A stretch of DNA of 63,551 nucleotides, counting the filler. It is 4 parts of 4 records of this genome, joined end to end, with 100 filler letters (N's around TTAATTAATTAA, not from the genome) between each part and the next. Parts side by side here need not be neighbours in the genome. Positions count along the whole stretch, not along the records: positions 28,633 to 44,048 come from SRR20825006_375; positions 44,149 to 63,551 come from SRR20825006_379; 2 more parts are not named here. One strand, written 5' to 3'. Made by a program: the position numbers and the translations under genes. Of this stretch, positions 42,101 through 48,360 are shown piece by piece; position 1 is the first letter of the stretch; every line of letters starts with the position of its first letter. The notes beneath the pieces are model-generated. The model was not told where the DNA came from. It saw only the letters and a list, made by a program, of their open reading frames with translations, and did not search any database.

Positions 42101-42390
42101 GCGATCAGTATCGCGGAAAGCGTCGCGGCCAGGGTGTTGCCGATTGCAATCAGAATGGCGGTTTCAACCGGTGCCGCCGTCGTCAGGTTCACCAGAAGCG
42201 CACCTGCAAACACGGCGGGAAAATAACGCCATCCCCATGCAATCAAAGACCCCAGCGCAATCCCGGAAGGCGCCCAGATCAGGGTGACGCTGCTGCCATA
42301 GAAGGGGAATTGCAACCCGGCATAGCCAAAAACGAAATAGGTTAGCGCAATCGCCACAAAGCGGATGATGTGCACAGGGGCCAAACGCAA
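39178..42390 (-). CDS. Hybrid sensor histidine kinase (MASE1-CHASE-HisKA-HATPase-REC)
   Basis: IWAPSG and WWLGD (MASE1); EYFPV..GFD (CHASE); MSHEFRSP, NLVSNAIKF, GGTGLGL; LMDVHMP..DG (REC). Probable TTG start 42390 behind GGAAGGA; the ORF is open to 42465. Confidence 0.9.
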   Translation of the reverse strand: MRLAPVHIIRFVAIALTYFVFGYAGLQFPFYGSSVTLIWAPSGIALGSLIAWGWRYFPAVFAGALLVNLTTAAPVETAILIAIGNTLAATLSAILIARISGRSPLLTARGIFSLIMIGGLGGPALAALCGTTSLSLTAIGNFDQFATIWRGWWLGDLVGVMVIGPLVLRLIHQKWRSHGFAYYGELAFVCVATTIVSSVVQTTPLIAKPEYLFIFVSLPFVLWGAVRFGLLGAALVNAFIVVDIVVFAALGESTFIHTSNMNIGLENLYSYVIAVSVGTLLLGTGIEKINVITMRTRDGRISSDIHRLRRNLALIVGLTGFSISGLAAWYTFGQIDHAVDVQTEQYRRAFEASLREELGRATDSLIAVRTLFDVHGDVSFHTFNAMIGPWVERRPGVAALEWVPYIERRARGLIEENASLRGVENFEIRNLIDGDMRRSPERDEYFPVFYVFPQSGNENVVGFDLASDEIRNQALQTAIRTGNITLTEPIRMRQSATAEITALAFLNVPNRRNPGKAPLGLAVGVLRLTNMITRAARIARLPSDFEIHLADMDAPEGHQLIYSNRRPEYAITHIVKEITSGYNPKVSTFTFGFRDWTIVLHGPEARLNGLLYWQPWAIFVFGATISILLMVYLRSLTRTEKRIVDLVYQRTSELDNARQEAENAMNQAQQADRAKSEFIAHMSHEFRSPMTSILGYAQLARDAIDKNEPSETIRSYLSTINGAGRHVLSLIGDVLDLSKIEAGKLVLEEVPTDIHAICEEVVSMMMVPARNQDNRLHLDIPADMPRWVIGDPVRIKQVLTNLVSNAIKFTRSGSIHVVVTRQETANGRMAFRISVRDEGIGIPVDKVRSVFEAFTQVDTSTTRRFGGTGLGLAICQKMILAMGGTIDVESIEGKGSTFWFDLDLPLTDAPKLGSEAEDDRQLGLADPDKPRVMGRKLLLVEDIQINRILAQKLLEQQGHEIVTAANGQEALDQLLEHDFDAVLMDVHMPVMDGIEATRQIREFADPIKATIPVLALTADTSSDNLAEFRAAGMDAHCTKPLDIKAINHELSRLDYRMLTERKQQLTGTGD

Positions 42391-42543
42391 ATTCGTTCCT
42401 TCCCGGGGTTGGGCGCTTCTGATCAGATGGGAAGTCGGGCGCAAAAATGAAGACCCCGATCCCAATGTTTAGGGACGATTATCACGCAAAATTCTTAACG
42501 CACTATCCCCATTTGAGGAGAATGCAAAAAGGTGATGGTTGTT

Positions 42544-43164
42544 CTATTGGCTGACCCAAAGGACGCGCGCGATCCAGTCAATGTCGCGGGCTTCGACATA
42601 GCGGTCCTCATAGGCCGGGTTCAGCGATTTCAGTTCCACCCCCATCGCCCCGCGGCGCACCAGTTCCTTGGCCATGACTTCGCCCGATGTGGTTTTGACA
42701 ACCACGCGGTCCTGCGGGCGGATGTTTGATGCCGGGGAGACGACGATCAGATCACCATCGCGAAAGACCGGGGCCATGGAATCCCCCGAAATCCGAAGCC
42801 CGTAGGCGGTCGGATCATGCAGGGCGGGAAAGGTGATGTCTTCCCACGCGCCGCCGACCGGATAACCGGCATCATCAAAAAAGCCGCGATTCCCGGCCTG
42901 GGCAAAGCCGATGACCGGCACGCGCCCGGCCCCGTTGCCATCGACAAGCTGGGCGAATTCCTGAAAGGTGACATTGGCCACCGAGAGCACCTTTGAAATG
43001 CTTTCGGTCGAGGGCCAGCGGGGTTTGCCCTGATTTGTCGTGCGTTTGGACCGGTTGAATGTGGTGGGGTCAAGCTGCGCCAGGCGGGCCAGCCCGGAGG
43101 GGGTCAGCCCGTTATCTTCGGCGATCTTGTCGAGTGCGCCCCATATCTGTTCTTGCCGGATCAT
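42544..43164 (-). CDS. HTH + S24 peptidase (LexA/cI-like) transcriptional repressor
   Basis: SGLARLAQLDPTTFN...RWPSTES HTH; AG site (FAQAG); Ser in GDSM and Lys in MAKEL. Confidence 0.88.
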   Translation of the reverse strand: MIRQEQIWGALDKIAEDNGLTPSGLARLAQLDPTTFNRSKRTTNQGKPRWPSTESISKVLSVANVTFQEFAQLVDGNGAGRVPVIGFAQAGNRGFFDDAGYPVGGAWEDITFPALHDPTAYGLRISGDSMAPVFRDGDLIVVSPASNIRPQDRVVVKTTSGEVMAKELVRRGAMGVELKSLNPAYEDRYVEARDIDWIARVLWVSQ

Positions 43165-43262
43165 ACGGTATCCTAGCAGGATGACGGGGCGGCCGAAAAG
43201 GAACAAATTCCTTGCATATCCGAAAGTTGAACCGATATCGCCATATGATTGAAAAGGTTATC

Positions 43263-43289
43263 AACCCCGGCAATGCATGCCGGGGTTTT
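43263..43289. terminator. Hairpin/terminator downstream of the YegP-like gene
   Basis: AACCCCGGCA-atgca-TGCCGGGGTT followed by TT. Confidence 0.55.
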
Positions 43290-43319
43290 GGGGGCAGGCG
43301 GTGGCGTCATGCGCCGTTT

Positions 43320-43514
43320 TCATGCATCGGCTTCATGCACCGGGACATCCTTGGAAGATTTCAGCAGATCGATGCTGTGGATGCAGTCGGATTTGGCTTT
43401 GTAGCCCTCGCTGCTCATGGCGATTTTAAGGCCGTTGCGCGCGATATAGGTCCAGCGCCATTCGCCTTTCTTGTCCTTGTAAAGCTCGTAACGCGGGGCG
43501 GGTGCATTTGCCAT
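43320..43514 (-). CDS. YegP/DUF1508 single-domain protein
   Basis: YELYKDKKGEWRW..ARNG.KIA.SSEGY....C; AGGAG RBS. Confidence 0.88.
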   Translation of the reverse strand: MANAPAPRYELYKDKKGEWRWTYIARNGLKIAMSSEGYKAKSDCIHSIDLLKSSKDVPVHEADA

Positions 43515-43643
43515 GGGAGACTCCTGACTGTCAGTGGATCGGCATGCAGTGGATTGCATCGACCGGTGATGGAAAATTGCCCGATGGGGCGTCCATGAAG
43601 ACAGTTCAGGAAGGGTTTTGTGATGAAAGGGGCCGGGCGGTGA

Positions 43644-43931
43644 TTAGCGCAGAAGTGCAATCCCGTCATCGTGGCCTGCCAGCAGGATCACATCCTTTTT
43701 CGATGGGGCCTTGCATTTTGTGGCCGGGCGGAGTGCGAGCAGGGACGTGGCAATTTTCTGCGCGCCGGGGGAGAGGAAAAACGCATCATCCGGCCCCAGT
43801 TCGCGGGAGCAGAAAAGGGCGGCATCACGTGGTTTTTTGGCGGCAATGAAAAGCTTTTCAAACGCATCGACAAAATCGGTCGATGTTCCCATTGCTTCCT
43901 GTTGCGTCATTTTGATGCTGGCCCAACTCAT
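43644..43931 (-). CDS. Hypothetical protein (95 aa)
   Basis: MSWASIK...FEKLF...AALF...FFLSP; plausible GAGA RBS. No recognised family. Confidence 0.6.
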   Translation of the reverse strand: MSWASIKMTQQEAMGTSTDFVDAFEKLFIAAKKPRDAALFCSRELGPDDAFFLSPGAQKIATSLLALRPATKCKAPSKKDVILLAGHDDGIALLR

Positions 43932-44048
43932 GGGAGTCTCTCGTCTGGTTGCGGATATTTCACAGGCCATTATTCATCCGCTGGCCCGCAAGTCGAGGAT
44001 TTTTGCGGTCGTTCGAATAATAGGAAATTAATCCTTTACAATGAGAAC

Positions 44049-44148
44049 NNNNNNNNNNNNNNNNNNNNNNNNNNNNNNNNNNNNNNNNNNNNTTAATTAA
44101 TTAANNNNNNNNNNNNNNNNNNNNNNNNNNNNNNNNNNNNNNNNNNNN
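44049..44148. other. Artificial contig spacer
   Basis: N44-TTAATTAATTAA-N44; abrupt shift to AT-rich DNA. Confidence 0.99.
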
Positions 44149-45429
44149 TTGCATCATCTTCATCATTTTGCTCATTTGGTTGAATTGCTTCAACAACTGA
44201 TTCACCTCTTGAACCGAAGTTCCAGAACCTTTACTAATGCGTTTTTTACGACTTGAATTTATAATCGATGGCTGGGTACGCTCAGCCGGGGTCATACTGT
44301 GAATGATCGCTTCGATTCCTTTAAAAGCGTCATCATCAATATCCAGACCTTTTAGTGCTTTGCCGGCACCGGGAATCATCCCGATAAGGTCTTTCATATT
44401 ACCCATTTTCTTGATCTGCTGAATCTGCTTCAGAAAGTCGTCAAAACCGAACTGGTTTTTAGCGATCTTCTTTTGCAGTTTACGCGCTTCTTCTTCATCA
44501 AACTGTTCCTGCGCACGCTCCACAAGAGAAACCACGTCTCCCATACCAAGAATACGATCGGCCATACGTGAAGGATAGAACACGTCAATTGCTTCCATCT
44601 TCTCACCGGTACCGATGAATTTTATTGGTTTATCTACAACCGTTTTGATCGAAAGCGCCGCACCACCGCGGGTATCACCATCTAATTTGGTTAAGATCAC
44701 CCCGTCAAAATTCAAGACATCGTTAAACGCCTTTGCCGTATTCACCGCATCCTGACCCGTCATTGAGTCAACAACAAATAAGGTTTCTTGTGGCTTGATC
44801 GCTTCGTGAATCGCAGCGATCTCATTCATCATCGCTTGATCTACAGCAAGTCGACCCGCGGTATCAATAATCACCGCGTTAAATCCGTTTGCTTTTGCGT
44901 GTGCAATTGCCGCTTGAGAGATCTTAACCGGATCTTTTTCTTCTTTGTTAGAATAGACCTCAACTCCGATCTGCCCACCTACTACGTGCAACTGATCTAT
45001 CGCCGCAGGACGGTAAACATCACAAGCAACCAGAAGTGGTTTTTTAGTCTTTTTATTTTTAAGGAAATTAGCCAGCTTACCAGAAAAAGTGGTTTTACCA
45101 CTACCCTGCAAACCAGACATCAAAATAACCGAAGGATTCCCCGAAAGGTTGATACCCTCAGCCTCACCGCCCATAAGTTCGGTAAGTTCATCTTTTACCA
45201 ATTTGGTCATCAATTGACCTGGTTTTAAAGCGGTCAATACATCTTGACCCAGCGCTTTTTCTTTAACCGTATTGGTAAAATCTTTAGCTATTTTATAATT
45301 AACATCAGCATCTACAAGGGCGCGACGAATTTCTTTGAGGGTTTCGGCTACGTTTACTTCTGTAATCTGGCCGTGCCCCTTAAGCACGTGCATCGCCTTA
45401 TCTAACTTATCACTTAAATTATCAAACAT
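44149..45429 (-). CDS. ffh: Signal recognition particle protein Ffh, 3' end truncated
   Basis: GLQGSGKTT, DTAGR, TKLDGDTRGG, RILGMGD and the M domain. Confidence 0.98.
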
Positions 45430-45548
45430 AGGTCATATACTAAAAAACACTCCTCAATATCAATTCAAGGAAATGTTTTGAATTGGTAAAATATTCTATA
45501 AAAACACAGTCCTCAAAGCAGGATCAAGTGTTTCAAATAATAAGGATG

Positions 45549-45556
45549 CAAAGCTA
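45549..45556 (-). promoter_or_regulatory. Bacteroidota housekeeping -7 element for ffh
   Basis: TAGCTTTG matches TAnnTTTG. Similar elements precede argS (52666-52673), ctlX (58218-58225) and the gene starting at 59196 (59202-59209). Confidence 0.65.
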
Positions 45557-45603
45557 AGGATTTGAAGGCTATTTGTAAAGCCTTATTATAAGGTAAAAGG
45601 AAT

Positions 45604-45640
45604 AAAAAAACGCTGTCCTTATCTATAAGAACAGCGTTTT
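45604..45640 (-). terminator. Intrinsic terminator of the lipoprotein gene
   Basis: AAAACGCTGT...ACAGCGTTTT stem with an A7 tract (U7 on the minus strand). Confidence 0.8.
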
Positions 45641-45664
45641 ATAAGAGGCGTTTATTCTTTACGC

Positions 45665-46729
45665 TTATAACTTAGAAAAAACCAATTTAAATGTCGTATC
45701 TGTGGTGCTCTGCAATTCGATGGTACTTGAAGATTGACTAACCACTTCAAAGGTTCCGTTAAGAACTGAAAATTCTGAGTCACTCGTAAAGTTTAGCTCA
45801 AGAAAAACTTCAGTTTCTGAGGTCGTGTTAAAAAATGCTTCCACATTAGTTACCAGATTCGTTAGGCTATTACGCACTACTACACGCTTATCATTTGTAA
45901 ATTCAAAAGTATAATTAGCAAATTGCTGACTGAATTCTGCTCCTGCCTGAACACCAGACTCAAGCTCAAAACGCGCACCGGTAATCGCCTCTTCTAGATC
46001 TTCTCTTAGATCTTCGGCCTCATCACGCGCCTCTTCCTCAAGATCATCTTCTGACTCGCACGATTGTAATTCTGCAATCAATTCTGCATCAGAATTAATC
46101 GTTATACTTCCATCACTCGAACCAGATAAACTAATTGGATATTGAAGGCTGAAATATTGATCGTCACCCAGATCATTGATAAATGCGTAAGCTTCCTGAT
46201 CACTAGTAAGCACTACGCTCCCTGTCTGTTGCGCATTGGCGTCAAAGGTAAATACGGTAATAGGGTAATCAAATTCTAGACAACTAATAGCGTCATCTCT
46301 ACTCTCATCAGCCGCTTCACACGCTTCTTCTAACGCTTCTAACTCTTGCTCATTTTGAATAGTCACCACCGAATAATCACTTAAACGCATTTCAATAGGA
46401 AACTGAAAACGCACCTCATCTTCATCGTTAGTAAATTCAGCAAAAATCTCAGCGATTAACGTCAAGCTGGCTTCATTAATAATGGTAAGCTCTTGACCGT
46501 TCACTTCTGCAACTACCGGAAGAATCACAGACGCACAGCTTATATCATCCAGAATATCGTCTTCAGAGCCGTCATTTGCTGTACTACGCTCTATATATTC
46601 TGCAGGTTCTGACTGTTTCGTATTGGTATTCTCATTACCTTCAATCAGCACGTCTTCTTCATTCTGACAAGAACCAAAAAGCAATGCTGCAAGAAAAGTT
46701 ATACTTAAAAATGTTTTTAGATTTTTCAT
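45665..46729 (-). CDS. Acidic repeat-containing lipoprotein, probably surface-exposed
   Basis: Lipobox LFGS|C followed by QNEED; four internal P-(I/V) repeats in two Cys-bracketed units; beta-rich C-terminal domain. Confidence 0.85.
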   Translation of the reverse strand: MKNLKTFLSITFLAALLFGSCQNEEDVLIEGNENTNTKQSEPAEYIERSTANDGSEDDILDDISCASVILPVVAEVNGQELTIINEASLTLIAEIFAEFTNDEDEVRFQFPIEMRLSDYSVVTIQNEQELEALEEACEAADESRDDAISCLEFDYPITVFTFDANAQQTGSVVLTSDQEAYAFINDLGDDQYFSLQYPISLSGSSDGSITINSDAELIAELQSCESEDDLEEEARDEAEDLREDLEEAITGARFELESGVQAGAEFSQQFANYTFEFTNDKRVVVRNSLTNLVTNVEAFFNTTSETEVFLELNFTSDSEFSVLNGTFEVVSQSSSTIELQSTTDTTFKLVFSKL

Positions 46730-46776
46730 AATAGTAAAATTATACAAAGGTTATTTAAAGTTCGTATTCACCCTTA

Positions 46777-46806
46777 AGACAACCCAAAACCTCTTTACCC
46801 TACCCT
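46777..46806 (-). promoter_or_regulatory. Candidate ECF-sigma promoter for the lipoprotein gene
   Basis: AGGGTAGGGT-N15-TGTCT, same boxes and spacing as 47402-47431. Confidence 0.75.
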
Positions 46807-46837
46807 CACTTGAAAAAAAATTAGAAAAATATTTTAG

Positions 46838-46845
46838 TAGCTTTG
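46838..46845 (+). promoter_or_regulatory. Housekeeping -7 element for the ECF sigma gene
   Basis: TAGCTTTG ending 23 nt upstream of ATG 46869. Confidence 0.65.
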
Positions 46846-46868
46846 AAATATTAGATGCCCCTAACCCT

Positions 46869-47393
46869 ATGAACGAGCAAGACAAGCATACCGATCTTTG
46901 CCACGAAGCTACCTTTAAACGTTTTTACCTAGAGTTTATTCAGGCTGCTAAAAACTTTGCTTTTTATAAATGCGGGGACGAACAGGAAGCACTAGACTTG
47001 ACTCAAGAGGCTTTTGTAAAAATCTGGAATCGTTGTAATAAAATTGAGTTCAAAAAAGCTAAAACCTATTTATTTACAACCATTAACAATTCTTTTCTTA
47101 ATGCAGTAAAGCATAAAAAAGTAGTATTGAACTATCAAAGAAATCAAGCTTCAGAAGAATCAGAATCTAACGAAGACCCCCAATTTATTTTACGCGAAAA
47201 AGAGTTTAAAAAAACGCTGAACAACGCCATCGCCTCGTTAACTGAAGCGCAGCGCGAAGTATTCTTATTAAATAGAATAGATGGAAAGAAATACGCAGAG
47301 ATAGCCGAAATGCTTAACATTTCCGTAAAAGCGGTCGAAAAACGTATGAGCCAGGCTTTAAAAAACTTAAGGCAACAAATCCCAGAATTTTAA
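46869..47393 (+). CDS. ECF-type RNA polymerase sigma-70 factor
   Basis: DLTQEAFVKIW (region 2); REVFLLNRIDGKKYAEIAEMLNISVKAVEKRM (region 4.2). Confidence 0.95.
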   Translation: MNEQDKHTDLCHEATFKRFYLEFIQAAKNFAFYKCGDEQEALDLTQEAFVKIWNRCNKIEFKKAKTYLFTTINNSFLNAVKHKKVVLNYQRNQASEESESNEDPQFILREKEFKKTLNNAIASLTEAQREVFLLNRIDGKKYAEIAEMLNISVKAVEKRMSQALKNLRQQIPEF

Positions 47394-47401
47394 CAACTTA
47401 A

Positions 47402-47431
47402 AGGGTAGGGTTTTTCCCTTTTAAGGTGTCT
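47402..47431 (+). promoter_or_regulatory. Candidate ECF-sigma promoter for fecR-TBDR
   Basis: AGGGTAGGGT-N15-TGTCT in the sigma/anti-sigma intergenic gap. Confidence 0.75.
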
Positions 47432-47451
47432 AACAAGTAACTAAGGAAATT

Positions 47452-48360
47452 ATGCAGCATCAAGAAGAACTTTTAAAATGGCTGAACGGCGACATGAACG
47501 CCGAAGAATTGGCTGCATTTAAACAAACCCAAACATATAAAGAATACCACAAAATAGCTGCATACGCTTCCCGATTGAAGCCTGATACGCTTGACAAAGA
47601 AGCGGCTTACAAGTCCTTTAAAACAAAATTTACACAAAAGCCGCAACCTAAAGTTATTAAGCTTCCCTATAAAACTTGGATCAGCACTGCAGCAGCCGTA
47701 CTGGTCATTTTAATAACCTCTTATATCTTTTTAAAATCTGATCAAAAAATAATCAAAGCAACAGATGATTTTGTGCAAATTACCTTACCCGATGCTTCTG
47801 AAGCTACCCTAAACAATGCTTCACAGATCTCCTATAATCCTAAAGATTGGGAAGATGGCAGGCGTAATTTAGAACTTGAAGGAGAAGCTTTTTTTAAAGT
47901 CAATAAAGGAAGTGTTTTTAAAGTTGCTACTGGGCAAGGCACAATACAAGTGCTGGGCACTCAATTTAATGTAAATCATAGAAAAGGTTATTTTGAAGTT
48001 TCCTGCTACGAAGGAAGTGTACAAGTCGCGGCAACGCTTGACACTTTGATTCTCAAACCTGGTGACACCTATCGCTTGATATCTGGTAAATCTGAATTGA
48101 AAATCAACAATAATCAAACCCAACCCTCTTGGCTAGACTACGAGCTTAGCTTTGACGATGTTCCCTATCATCTTGTGATCGCCGCGCTAGAACGTCAATT
48201 TAATATTCAGATTTCTTATCCGGCACAATTAAAAGACCAAGTATTCACTGGTAGCTTTAGTACCAAAAAATTAGAAAGTGCGCTTCAAGGAGTAACCCTC
48301 CCGTTTGGGATCACCTACAAATCAGACAAAGACCAAAGCTTTATATTTTATGCTGAATAA
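47452..48360 (+). CDS. FecR-family anti-sigma factor
   Basis: Single TM segment; LPDAS..LN, LEGEAFFKV and VLGTQFNV motifs; C-terminal DUF4974-like region. Confidence 0.93.
   Translation: MQHQEELLKWLNGDMNAEELAAFKQTQTYKEYHKIAAYASRLKPDTLDKEAAYKSFKTKFTQKPQPKVIKLPYKTWISTAAAVLVILITSYIFLKSDQKIIKATDDFVQITLPDASEATLNNASQISYNPKDWEDGRRNLELEGEAFFKVNKGSVFKVATGQGTIQVLGTQFNVNHRKGYFEVSCYEGSVQVAATLDTLILKPGDTYRLISGKSELKINNNQTQPSWLDYELSFDDVPYHLVIAALERQFNIQISYPAQLKDQVFTGSFSTKKLESALQGVTLPFGITYKSDKDQSFIFYAE

Noticed and set aside
42544-43931. Prophage remnant suggested by the cI-like repressor and small ORFs
   Set aside because: There is no integrase, structural gene, att site or divergent cro; the repressor looks like a chromosomal family member.
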